A stretch of 64,000 nt of DNA from Salpingoeca rosetta. Lineage: Eukaryota > Protista > Choanoflagellata. The position numbers and the translations under genes were made by a program. Location: assembly GCA_033442325.1 (NCBI GenBank), contig JAWQFM010000017.1:597391-661390 (forward strand), written 5' to 3'. This document shows positions 31,525 to 43,109 of this stretch, one piece after another; the first letter of the stretch is position 1; each line of letters opens with the position of its first letter. The notes beneath the pieces were generated by a model. The model was given only the letters and a program-made list of their open reading frames with translations. It ran no database searches and was not told where the DNA came from.

Positions 31525-31765
31525 CTTAAACAACAACAACAACTTAAACAACTTAAACAACAACAACAACAACTTAAACAACAACTTAAACAACAACAAC
31601 TTAAACAACAACAACAACAACTTAAACAACAACAACAACAGGAACGAGATGCAGGTGCTTGATGCCATTCGCGAGAACTTTGCGACAGATATCAGGGAGG
31701 TGCAGCCCAAGGAGGCAGACCTGAGAAAACACGTGAGGATCGACATCCACTCGGACGAGCCCTGA
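24875..31765 (+). CDS. Chimeric TIR - MLLE - PABP (4 RRM + linker) - MLLE x4 - DDX19/Dbp5-like DEAD-box helicase
   Basis: Exon 1 (24875-28734) is one open frame: TIR (YCVFIS...[16 protein letters not shown]...GELELI...KPLFVVK), MLLE, PABP RRMs ([36 protein letters not shown]), MLLE repeats, and the DDX19 N-terminus ([18 protein letters not shown]). It splices in phase (AT|gtgagt...cag|C) to exons at ~29014-29106 (KPSKIQ), ~29251-29353 (QSQPGTGKT), 29581-29900 (DEAD), ~30193-30411 (SAT), 30724-~31070 (RGIDI, HRIGR) and ~31642-31765. Confidence 0.85.
27301..28170 (+). repeat. 306-bp coding tandem repeat (~2.8 copies), each encoding one MLLE/PABC domain plus Q-rich linker
   Basis: Near-identical units begin gcagctgccacaggacgtgacg at 27301, 27607 and 27913; the antisense ORFs in the track repeat with a 306-nt period. 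Confidence 0.95.
31341..31640. repeat. (AAC)n / TTAAAC-interrupted microsatellite in the last intron of the chimera
   Basis: AAC runs punctuated by ttaaac, ending at the acceptor ag at ~31641. Confidence 0.9.
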
Positions 31766-31902
31766 ATTGAACCACCACAACTCACGCACAGTGTTCGCTA
31801 GTCTCCTTTGTGCAGCCATGTCACATGAGACCATTCATCTATCGATGAAGTCTGGCGCGTGTGTGTGTGTGTGTGCGTGCGTTTGTGTGCGTGCGCGCGC
31901 GC

Positions 31903-31950
<48 letters not shown>

Positions 31951-33265
31951 TGTGTGTGTGCGTGCGTTTGTGTGCGTGCGTGTGTGTGTGTGTGTGTGTG
32001 TGTAGGTGTGTGTGTGTAGGTGTGTGTGTGTAGGTGTGCCCTTGTCCTTGATTTGTTGCAGTGTTGTTTTGTTTCAGCCACCCCTTCATCTCTTCGATCT
32101 TTTGCGTTCTTGCGTTGGTCCTTCCTAATCCGTGTGTGGCGTGGTGTGACTGTCCCAAGACGTGTCAAATCCATGTGTGTGAGAGTGTAGAGAGTGTGTA
32201 GCATCCTCAATCAACCCAAACAAAGAATTGATTCCGTCGCCACTGCTCTCATGGCGAACCCTTGCCTTGCTGCGCAACAGCTATGTCGTGTCTTTGTTCT
32301 GCTTTGAGGAGAACACCTTCAAACACGACGCAAACACAAACACAAACGTCCCTCGACGACCACGTGGTGGCGTGCTTGGGCCCGTCCCACATGTCCTATC
32401 GCCCCTTTGTTCAACAAAGAGACAAAGGTCCTAAACGGCAAGCCAGACCCGGTGCCCACGCGCCGAAGGTTTAGTTTGTGAGCGTTCGATGCGCCGAAGG
32501 AGCTTCCGAACAAAGAGGCCGAATCGCACCCGCGTTGCGAATTTGTTGCGGGACAATACGCCCCCGTGCCAGCCGGGTTCATATGGGGACTTTTGTTCAT
32601 TTTCGAGCACTGAGAAAATTAACATGGCACGATGCGATGGGCGTGGCATTGGTGCAAAGAAGTGTGATGCGGGAATGTGGCCACACATGACACACTCCGC
32701 TTCTCCAACTCTTTGCGGCATTGCTGTTTGTCTGTTTTGTCTTCGTTTGTGCGATGGACGAGCAAGAGAGCAAGCTAGGCCCGGGTGCATGCCATGACCG
32801 ATTAGATCTATGACAAGATGGCACGTGTGACGCGGAGAATAGACCCAAAGACAGACCACCATGCACACAAAGGCACGGACAAAGGCACGCGGGCGGCCTC
32901 GTCGACACTTTGGTCGCTTGTTTTCCCCCTTCCCCCACTCTCCCTGCACACCTCACCTTACTTCTTCGTCTTCTTCGTTTTCCCCACGCTTCTCCTCTTC
33001 CCTCGTGTGCTGCTGGTTGTTTCATTTTCATTTTCATTTTCATTTCTCTTCTTCTTTGCTGGACTGTGCGACTCTGTGCGACTCTGTCCGTCTGAGCGCG
33101 TGCTGATCCTTTTCTGCCGCTGTCCACGAGGCAAAGACTACAGGCCACCGATTCGAGCCACTGCCACTGCCACGTCCCTGCATCTCCATCCCTCCGCCCA
33201 TCCTCTCTTCTCCTCTTCTGAGGTCATCGCCCTCCCGATCTCACTCATTCGTCAACCCGAGAGCC

Positions 33266-34876
33266 ATGAGTCGCGTCGTTGACTTTGCAGCGTCCGCCGA
33301 GGGCAGCTCCATGAGTCACAACCCCGATACGGCCCCGCACCAGGTTGCACAGCACAACCAGGCCGACGTGCTTCCAGGCAGCGTTGTCGACGAGCCCGGA
33401 CGCACGAGCGTGTCCACAACGCCGGCTGTCGATGGATTCAACGAAGGAGAGGATCGACCGACGCACGAGACGCCGGCCAAGAAGGACAGCGCCACGGTCG
33501 TCATCACCCAGCCCCCGGGGGCAACCAACGAAGCCCAGGACCTCGCTTCGATCAAGCCCAACAAGACGGACGGCACCGGCGTGGAAGTGGAGCGTGTCCT
33601 TCGCGGCGACTATGTGGAGACCTTTGCCATTGGCGGCGGCACTAAGTGGCTCTATGCCACGATTGAGTTTATCACCGCGCTGTTTGTGGTCTTGAAGGAT
33701 GTGGGTGTTCCCTTTGGTGCGCAGCTGGTGTTGCTCTGGCACAGCATTGTGGAGATGGACATTGTTGGCCCGCTGCTTAAGGCTGCTCTCGGCGCGTCCT
33801 CTCGCATCTCCTACAAGGTCACCGGTGCCTACGAGGCCATGCACCCGCCGCTTGACACGTTTTGGAAGAAAGGCAAGGACACGAGCCTGTGCTCCCTGTG
33901 TGGCTTCAACCCGCCTTGCAAATCGTTGCGCTGGCCAGCGGACGAGGCTCCCGAGCAGTTTCCGTTCCCATGGCGAGTTGGCGGTCTGCGCGGAACGCCG
34001 GAGCACCGCCCCTTCACCGACTTTGAAAACGCCATCATGGCCAACGAGCGCGGCTGGTGGCTCGGGCTGGTGATGCACGGCAACAAGCGCGGCTTCCGGC
34101 TCCGGTTCAAGACAGGCAAGCAGGCCAACGGCGGCACGTCTCTCTTCTGGGTGCGCCGCCAGGGGCGCAGCCCACTTGCCCTGTGCCCAGTCATCGGCTG
34201 CTTGTTCAACGACAACGGCGCCGCCAGCCGCGGACTCAAGGTGTGTGCGGAGGACGGCAAGACCATCATTGGCCGCGTGCTGCCCAGCAAGCAGGGAAGC
34301 GCGTGCGGGTCGCTCTTTGCAAACCGGTTCACGAGGCGTGCGCAGCCCCTGTATGACGTTGTGGATGCCAACGACGCCGTGCTTTTCACCGTGCACATCC
34401 CCGTGGAGGAGTACAAGTTCCTCGGCTGCATCAAGGCCTACGCGCAGATGAAGCACCTGGCCATCGTGCGCGGGCCTCTGCCGCCGGGCGACCGCTTTGG
34501 CGGCGCCACCGACCCCGACTCCGGCTGGATCATCCCCCTGGAGCCCAAGTACGCCGCGTGCATCGAGAGCTGCCTCTCCGCGTGCGATGGCGTGCGCAGG
34601 GTCTTCCAGTGCATCACCTTTGGCGTGTTCGAGCTGATTGAGCGCGTGTTCCGCCTGTTTGAGGCCTTTATTGGACTCATCCGCACCTGCCCGATTGACG
34701 ACTGGACGCAGGTGCCACATCCAGGCCGCAGCGAGCTTCGCATGACAACACCATGCTCCCACGCCATGACTGCGTCCCGCACGCGCTTCCCGAAGAACAT
34801 CACGGAAGAAGAGCACATGCTGCTCATTGCCGCCGGCATTGCTGTTGACATGGAGGACGTGTTCACGTACCTGTGA
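33266..34876 (+). CDS. Phospholipid scramblase-like (tubby/LURP-one barrel) protein; intronless, 536 aa
   Basis: Strong codon bias; Cys-rich loops; IGRV, PLYDVVDANDAVLFTV, and C-terminal RFPKNITEEEHMLLIAAGIAVDM resembling scramblase FP.DL....KA.LLGA.FLID. Confidence 0.7.
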   Translation: MSRVVDFAASAEGSSMSHNPDTAPHQVAQHNQADVLPGSVVDEPGRTSVSTTPAVDGFNEGEDRPTHETPAKKDSATVVITQPPGATNEAQDLASIKPNKTDGTGVEVERVLRGDYVETFAIGGGTKWLYATIEFITALFVVLKDVGVPFGAQLVLLWHSIVEMDIVGPLLKAALGASSRISYKVTGAYEAMHPPLDTFWKKGKDTSLCSLCGFNPPCKSLRWPADEAPEQFPFPWRVGGLRGTPEHRPFTDFENAIMANERGWWLGLVMHGNKRGFRLRFKTGKQANGGTSLFWVRRQGRSPLALCPVIGCLFNDNGAASRGLKVCAEDGKTIIGRVLPSKQGSACGSLFANRFTRRAQPLYDVVDANDAVLFTVHIPVEEYKFLGCIKAYAQMKHLAIVRGPLPPGDRFGGATDPDSGWIIPLEPKYAACIESCLSACDGVRRVFQCITFGVFELIERVFRLFEAFIGLIRTCPIDDWTQVPHPGRSELRMTTPCSHAMTASRTRFPKNITEEEHMLLIAAGIAVDMEDVFTYL

Positions 34877-35031
34877 GCAAGTGCAGAAGTGCTCATGTCA
34901 TGCGTGTGTGTGTATGTATGTGCGTTGTTTGTGTCGTGTGCTGTGTATGTATATGTGTGCGTGTGTCCGTTGTGTGGTAGCACAAAGACATAAAGGTGAA
35001 CCATGCATGCGCGTTGTTTGTGTGAGTGTGT

Positions 35032-35078
<47 letters not shown>

Positions 35079-35695
35079 TGAGTGAGTGTGTGTGTGTGTG
35101 TGTGAGTGTGTGTGGGGGGCACCTTTATACTTTACACCGCGTTTGTGGTTGCACGTGCTCCCCTACACGTCTTACGCGTCGATCCTTTCCTACGCTTCGT
35201 TGTTGTTTCCAGTTCAGTTTTCTCGCCGAGTCCTTCTTACTCCAACCGTTGTCTTCCTGACTCCTCACTCTCGTACGGCTTACGCTCGTTTATACCATAC
35301 GCTCGTTCATACCCTATGCTCGTTCTTGCTCTCCCTCCAATGTCTTAGCGAACCACGTGTTGCTTTGTGGTCACGTTTTGCGCAAAAGTTTGCACGTGTT
35401 CACAAGGGTGCGTGTTCTTTCGGCAAACTCCGCCGTGTATGTGTGCAACTCGTGTGTTTGTGCGCAACGTCTTTCAATCGTTCAATGAAGGCCAGCACGT
35501 GGGAAACCGATAACCAGTCACCCAAGGCGCCTGAGTGGCGTCACAGGGGGGGGGGGAGGAGAAGACGGACGTACACAACAGCAAGTCTGGTAGACCAACA
35601 AACAACACACATCAAAACCGGGAACACATGGGGCCAGCAACCAGGCCATCAGACACACCAACGAGCATCACACATGTCCAGGCGCCAACACCATG

Positions 35696-35726
<31 letters not shown>

Positions 35727-35780
35727 GTCGCAACAAGTGGCAACAGCAGCAACAGCAGCAGCACAACACCACAACCACAT

Positions 35781-36177
35781 TTACTGCTGCTGTGCAAACA
35801 GCTTGGTCATGTCCAGCTTGAACCAGGGGCGGGCGTATGCGGGGGTCACTGTTGATTCCACATCGCCCGAAGATGTCACCTTTGGTCCAGCCACACTGAC
35901 ATACATGTGGTTCTTCTCAAAGTTGTACACGGCAGCGTGCATGTCGCCTGTTTGCCAAGGGGGGGGGGGGTGGTTAGGTGGTGGAAACAGACGCACGCAC
36001 GCAGGGACACAGGCATAGACAAACATGGCAAGGGCACAAGTGACGGTGGTGTTGGGGTAGGAGAAGGTGTGAGGGCTGACAGTGAACTCGAATCAAGATG
36101 AATTGGCAAGCAAAGGTACGACAGTATGCGTCACAAAGTACAATTTACAGACACAGGCACAGCGTGCATACACAGAC

Positions 36178-36212
<35 letters not shown>

Positions 36213-36694
36213 CAACAGACAGACAGACACACACAGCGTGCATACACAGACACAGACACAGACACAGACACACACACACACATACACCACGAGACACGGT
36301 GCAACACCCGCTAACCTGACTGGGTGTTTCCGAGGACGTTGCGAATGGTGGTCTCTGCGGTGAGGTTTCCGTAGTGTTTCTGCATGAGGGAACCCATGCA
36401 CGTGTCGTGCGACGGCTGCACGTGCTTGTTGATAAACACCAGGCCCTGGTGGCGGGAATGTTTGTGTAAGTGTGTGTTTTGGCGGTGGGGGAGGGGGTAC
36501 GATGTAGCCATGCGATGTGAGAAACATGGAGTAAATTCGCATCAGAACACGCGTGCACACACAGGCACAGACACAGACACAGACACACCTGCACACATAT
36601 TTACACAAAGTCATATACAACCACACACAACATACACACACACACACCTGTGCACACACACACACAACTGCACACACACACACACACACACACA

Positions 36695-36731
<37 letters not shown>

Positions 36732-37107
36732 CCAAACTCACGTCCATCTGTGGGTGTGCGGGGAGGTAGGTTGGGTAGTTGAGGTCGTCGTAGACAAGAA
36801 CTTCTTCGTGCCCGTATTCCACGGCGCGGAACTGCTGGTCGTGGCGCGAGCCGACGCCAAGGTGGATGGAGCACGTGCGCCTGTTGTTGTACACGCGGTT
36901 GAGGGCGTCACTCAGCGTGCGGTCGTATTGCGCAATGTCGCGCATGAGAAAGTGGAAGGGAATTCCGGCTCGCGCATACGTCTCGTTGTAGGAAAGCCAG
37001 ACCTGTACAAAAATACAATGGCGGTGTGAGTGTCAGAGGGGCTGCAAGGTGCGAGCAGTTCGCTTGTGGGCAGATGTAGCAGTTCGCTTGTGGGCAGATG
37101 TCTCCCA

Positions 37108-37141
<34 letters not shown>

Positions 37142-37638
37142 GCACACACATTCGGACGACCTTCTCTGAGACGGCGGTGTGTCCACCATAGGCGGTGATG
37201 CTGCCGATGAACCCGGTCCACGTGAGACTCGCAAAGGCGTGGCCGTTGCCTGACATTAAGGGCGGTGGTGGTGATGATGATGAGTCGATGTGCAGGCATG
37301 ACGTTCACCCAGCAGCAAGCGGCGAGGTGCACATGAATACACACATAAACACACATACACATACACGCACACACATACACGCACACACACACACACACAA
37401 TCATACATACACACCATCGTTGGGGTGGTACACGACGACGACGGAGTAGTTGATGAGCGGGTTGTCGATGCCCCAGTCCAGGGCGCGCAGCTGGTTGAGG
37501 GTGTCTGCACAACGTTGCAGGGTGATGTGTAACTTCCAATGAGCACCTACGCACACACACACACGGAAACACAAAGACACACGCACACGGAAACACACAA
37601 AGACAGACAGACACACACAGACACACGCACACACAGAC

Positions 37639-37691
<53 letters not shown>

Positions 37692-39321
37692 CGCACACGC
37701 ACACGCACACACACTCACACGCACACACAGACACACGCTCTCTCTCACTCACTCACCTGATGTGTTTGCGAGGGCAGGTCCCCATGCGCCAAACATGCTG
37801 CAGCTGGCCTTGATAAGCTCCGGGAAGAGGTGGAACTGCAGAATCTCGTCATAGGACATGGTGCCGTTCATGCCATCCGCAATGCCTTTCAGCTGTCGTG
37901 TGTGTGTGTGTGCGTGCGCATGTACAATGATTGTGTCAGTGCACCACCACAATGATAGTGCAGATGGCACGAGGGAACAGACGGGTGCATCGCGAATCTG
38001 TACAGAGCGGGCGGGGGGCTCACGTGTTCCCACGTGCTCCGATTTCAACATATCACGGGTTCCCCGCGTGTCTGTTTCGCCCATGCATATGTGCTCTTCA
38101 CCCAATGTCTCCTCCTACGAGGCGCACGTACCTCGTCGAAGAAGTGCTGGGGAATGTACTTGCGGGTGAGATCCACCTCAAACTGCAGCGCGGCCTGCGG
38201 GCCATCCTTCAGGATAATCTCTTGAATCTCCTACTCACACCCGCCACAGCATGCAGAGTGACCACGAAAAGCAGATACGGGCAGACAGACAGGTCGACAG
38301 GCAGACAGACAGGCGGGCAGACACAGGGAACGCAGATGGATGAGATTCACGCACACTCAAACAAAGAGATGCAGACACATATACAAACACACACATACAC
38401 ACACAAGGAGATGCAGACACAGATACAAACACACACGCACACACACAAGGAGATGCAGACACATATACAAACACACACACACACACACTCAAACAAAGAT
38501 ATGCAGACACAGATACAAACACACACGCACACACACACACACACAAGGAGATGCAGACACAGATACAAACACACGCACACACAAACACACACACACACAC
38601 ACAACCCTTCATGCACAACCATACAAGCCCGCAAACATGCACACACACACAACACACCTTGGGGAGCCACTTGATGTACGGTTCGATTTGGCTGTCAATG
38701 TAGCCGGAGAAGGCGGTAATCATGTCGTAGATCTCCTTCGTGAAGATCTCGCCCTGGGCCTTGCCCATCTGATACGGGGTGCCGTACACGTGGAGGATGC
38801 GCATGGACTTGCCGTTGCCGTGATCAATCGAGAACAGCTTGCCGTTCTCCACGCTGCGCACATGCTTGGGCTCCTGGAGCACGCGTGCGTATGCGTGTGT
38901 GCGTGCGTGCGCGTGTGAATGACGTGCGTGCGCGTGTGTGCGTGTGTGAGTGTGAGTGACGTGCGTGTGTGAGTGTGAGTGACGTGCAGTGATCTGCTCA
39001 TGTGCAAAGCATGGCAAGTCTTCGGTGGCAGTGCTATCGCGTCCACATACACAAACACACACAAGAATACATAAACACACACACACCCAAGTTCACACGC
39101 ACACACACACACACACAAGAATACATAAACACACACACACGCACACACACGCACACACACACACACACACACACAAGAACACACACACACGCACAAGTTC
39201 ACACACGCACATCATCGAAGATGGGAAGGGTATTGGGTGATCCTGGGCACGCGGCATGGCTCAAGCCAAGCAACATGGACAGCAGCACTACTGCGCCCAC
39301 AACAACGCGGATTCCAGCCAT
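35781..39321 (-). CDS. Secreted Ntn-hydrolase, acid ceramidase-like (Dictyostelium Dcd1-type / peptidase C45 related), ~9 exons
   Basis: Signal peptide [23 protein letters not shown]; [15 protein letters not shown]; ELKGIADG; [16 protein letters not shown] (nucleophile Cys); QLRALDW; GFIGSIT; [14 protein letters not shown]; TGDMHAAVY; stop at 35781. Confidence 0.85.
38355..38590. repeat. Intronic minisatellite, ~5 copies of (a/g)agatgcagacac(a/ag)atacaaacacacac
   Basis: Units near 38366, 38407, 38449, 38496 and 38547. Confidence 0.85.
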
Positions 39322-39970
39322 CTCACTCCGTCTCTCACACAGCGCACGCTTGAACAACAACAACAACGCAACAACACTCTGGACGCAGCGTGCTTCTTCT
39401 TTGTGGGTGTTTGAGATGTCGCCAGCAAAACACAAACAACAGCGGAAAGTGGAGCAAGGTGCTGCTTGTGTCGACTATTTACGGGCATCGTTAACAATTA
39501 TCGTCATCAAACCCCAGCCCAAATACCCCGCCAAACACGCCGCTTCCAAAGCAGAGGCCTCGAAGCAGAACAACACTTGAGCACTGCTGGTGCTGTTGTA
39601 TGTGAGCTTGGTGTGCTACCACCTTCTCCTCGTATCCGGCTGAGTGTGCAGCGCACACTTGCAGTCAAAGTGGAACTGGAACGAGCGTGAGGTGAGAACA
39701 GCTGAGCAAGGATTTCGAGGTACTGAGGTAAGGAGGTACGCCACTCACGTCATATATCACCGTCGCATAGTTGTTGGACGAGCCTGTCTCTGGTCCTCAA
39801 CACAGCCTACACCGTCAAGTCAGCCTCTGCGCCAACCCAAGAGCCGGCTACATGTCATCCATACACTCACATGTACGCACGCACACACACACATGCTCGC
39901 ACACACTCACATGAACGCATACACACTCACATGCACACAACAACAACAACACGCTGCAGGACGCCCAACC

Positions 39971-41410
39971 ATGAATCAGCACACCACAACGGAGGTGCTG
40001 GACTTTGTGCTCAACAAAGGCGTCAAGGGCCTCGGTTTCACCGTCGTGGATGACGAGGATGGCGTGTATGTGCACTCCGTGTCCGCGGAAGGTGCCGCAG
40101 CCGGGTACCTGATGCAGGGCGACAAGATCCTCTTTGTCAAGAACATCGACGTGCGCGACTGGCAGCTGTTTGAGATTGTCAACATGCTCAAGAGCACGCG
40201 GCATGGCAAGGTGCCCATCACCGTCGCCCGGGAGGTGTCCGACGCGACCACCATCTCCACAGACGAGTACCTGCGCGCGCAGTGGATGGAGGACGAGGCG
40301 GGCCAGGCCCTGGGCATTGGCGAGACGTTCGTCGTCGACTTCACCGACATCAAGGAGCAAGAGCTCGGCATCATGCTCACAGGTGGAGCCTCGCCCTCGG
40401 ACGCGTCCCTCCCCATCACGGTGGAGAGCATCCTCCCGGGCTCCCTGGCGGCCACTGACGGCCGGCTCGTGCCATCGGACGTCATCATCGCCATCAACGG
40501 TCGCCGCGTCGCCGGGGCGAGTCTCCAGGGCGCTCTGCGGCTGCTGAGCGCGGCGGAGCAGTCTGGCTCCGTTGTGTTTGTGGCGCAGCACGCGCGGTCG
40601 TATGAGGCGCAGGCCATCCAGAACCAGCCCATCACCTCCGTCGACACGCGCCTGATGAAGTCGCACACGCTCGAGCGCGTCATCCTGGTGCAGAAGCGCA
40701 AGCGGACGGCGCCCGTGGTGCGTTGCCGCCTGTCCAACACCACGTGCATCACGGGCCTGCGCACGGCTGTTGTGGTCGAGCACGTGGAGGCCGGCTGCGA
40801 CCTGTGGCGTGCGGGCCTGCGTCCGGAGCAGGTGATCCTCGTCCTCAACGACTTTGTGCTGACGACGGTGACGCCGAAGCTGCTGGTGCAGGTGCAGCGC
40901 GACCTCAACACCCTGCAACGCCTCGACATCATGTCCATCGTGCCCGCCCCCTCCAACCGCAACCAGCAGCCGTCGGCGGCGGTGCGCGCCGTCCTGCGCC
41001 GCTATCGTGGCCGTTTTGGCATCACGCTCACGGACAGGCTGCCGCAGCTGCCGTACATTGAAGGCCTCTTTGTCGAGAGCAAAGGGCGGGAGTTGTTTGG
41101 CGACAACGCGGGCCGCGTGTCGAGCGGCATGTGCGTGCAGTCCATCAACCAGCGTACGTGTCACGGCCGAACGTTTGCGGAGTGCCTTGACCTGATGCAG
41201 CAGGCCAAGGGGTCGGTGGTGCTGCACCTGCTGCCCGTGGTGTACCCGCGCATGGACGACGAGAAACGCGAGCTGGCGAGATTGGCGGCGGCGGCAGAGG
41301 CAAAGGCGCAGCAGGGTGCAACAAACAACACAACCGCAGCACAGCACAGCAGCAGCACCGCCCCTCACGCGACACCTACAACGGCTGCATCACAACCACA
41401 GTCATATCAC

Positions 41411-41442
<32 letters not shown>

Positions 41443-42653
41443 GCAACAGCAACAGCAGCAGTCGCCAGCGTCATCGTCATCGTCGTCGCAGCTGTCACTG
41501 GCAGAGGGTGCAGCTCTGAGTGTGGCTGACACCAAGCAGCCCACACATGCAGAGAGCGGGGCGCCAACAAACGCCACGACGCGGGGTGAAAGAGGCAGCA
41601 GCGTCGTTTACGACAACCTTCGTGAGCCATCGCAAGGTGAAAAAGGAGAAGGAGAGCAGGTAGGGCGGAATACCAATGCGAGGGCAAACGACGTCATCTA
41701 TGACAACATGAAGGCGTTGAAGGGCGACAGCGAGGATGCAGAAGAGAGGCGACAGCACGATGTTGCAAGTCATGATGGTGAGGTTGAGGTTGAGGGTGAC
41801 GGTGACGGTGACGGTGGCGGTGATGATGGTGGTGATGATGATGATGATGATGAGGTTGAGGTGAAGGGTTATGGTGATGAAGATGGAGACGGTGATGACG
41901 GCGACGATGAGGCGACGAGCGTGTCGCGAACAGAAGGGCGCGGGTCGTTGAGCATTGGGCGGCAGTCTGATTCGGACATGTCCTCCCTGTACTACCCCTC
42001 CACAACGTCGCACGTGTCGACGACAGACGCTTCCACGCGCCGCACGTCCTCGCTGCTGCCGCGTGGGGAGTTGAAGGAGGTGGTCATTGAGCGGGACGAC
42101 ATGGGTCTTGGGTTTGGCATCTGCAGCGGGCAGGGCTACAAGGGCATCTTTGTCGGCAACGTTGCTCCCGAGGTTTGTGTGTGTGTGTGTGTGTGTATGC
42201 GAGTGTGTTGTGTGTCGAGGGTGTGTTGTGTGTTGTGTGTACGTGTTTGTACGAGGGTTGTATGTGTATGTGTATGTGTGTGCATATGTGTATTGTTTGC
42301 ATTGCAAGCCTGCTCTGTTCTTGTCTCACACACTCTCCCTGGTTCACTGTCATCATCACTGTCATCATCACCACCACCCTACTCCCCCGCTCTCGCTGCA
42401 CAGGGCCCGGCCGCTGGGCAGCTTGAGATTGGCGACCACCTTGTGTGGGCGAGCGGGCACGCGCTGGTGTCGATACCGTATGACGCCGCCGTGTCGCTGC
42501 TCACGGCCCCGCGTCCCGCCCTCCGCCTCATTGTCGCCCGGCGCATGCACGGCTCATTCAACTACCTCGCCACAACGTAAGTTGTGTGTACGTGGTGTAC
42601 GTGTACGTGTGCTTGCGTGCGTGTGTGTGTACGTGTGTGCTTGTATGTGTACG

Positions 42654-42707
<54 letters not shown>

Positions 42708-43035
42708 CGCGTGCATGTGTACGTGTGTGTGTGTGTGGTGGTATTGAAGCGAAAGTAAGATGTTGTTCATTGGCAGAACCCCTATCTCATCATCACCACC
42801 ACCACCACCACTACCACCGCCACAACGGCCATCATCACGCTGCAGGCTTCAGAAAGGGCCGGGCGGCCTGGGTTTCAGCATTGCCGGTGCCATGGCCAGC
42901 ACCAGTCGCGAAGGCGTCTACATCCGACACATGGCAGCACGTGCGTTGATCTCTTAATGGAAGCAGGGTGGGCGGGCGCGTGTGCGTGCGTGCGCGTGTG
43001 CGTGCGCGCGTGTGTGTGTGTGCGTGCGTGCGCGT

Positions 43036-43109
<74 letters not shown>

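Noticed and set aside
31139-31765. Poly-Pro/Gln/Asn prion-like ORF
   Set aside because: Mostly an intronic AAC microsatellite; only ~31642-31765 matches the helicase C-terminus.
32395-32600. RNase MRP RNA on the minus strand (AAAGTCCCC ... ACAAAGGGGC)
   Set aside because: P4 pairing is incomplete and no GARAR loop or CR-IV motif was seen; kept only as an unassigned structured-region finding.
38355-38590. CRISPR-like repeat-spacer array (also 62965-63090 and 37053-37100)
   Set aside because: The 'spacers' are CA/GT microsatellite, the context is a eukaryotic intron, and there are no cas genes; these are ordinary minisatellites.
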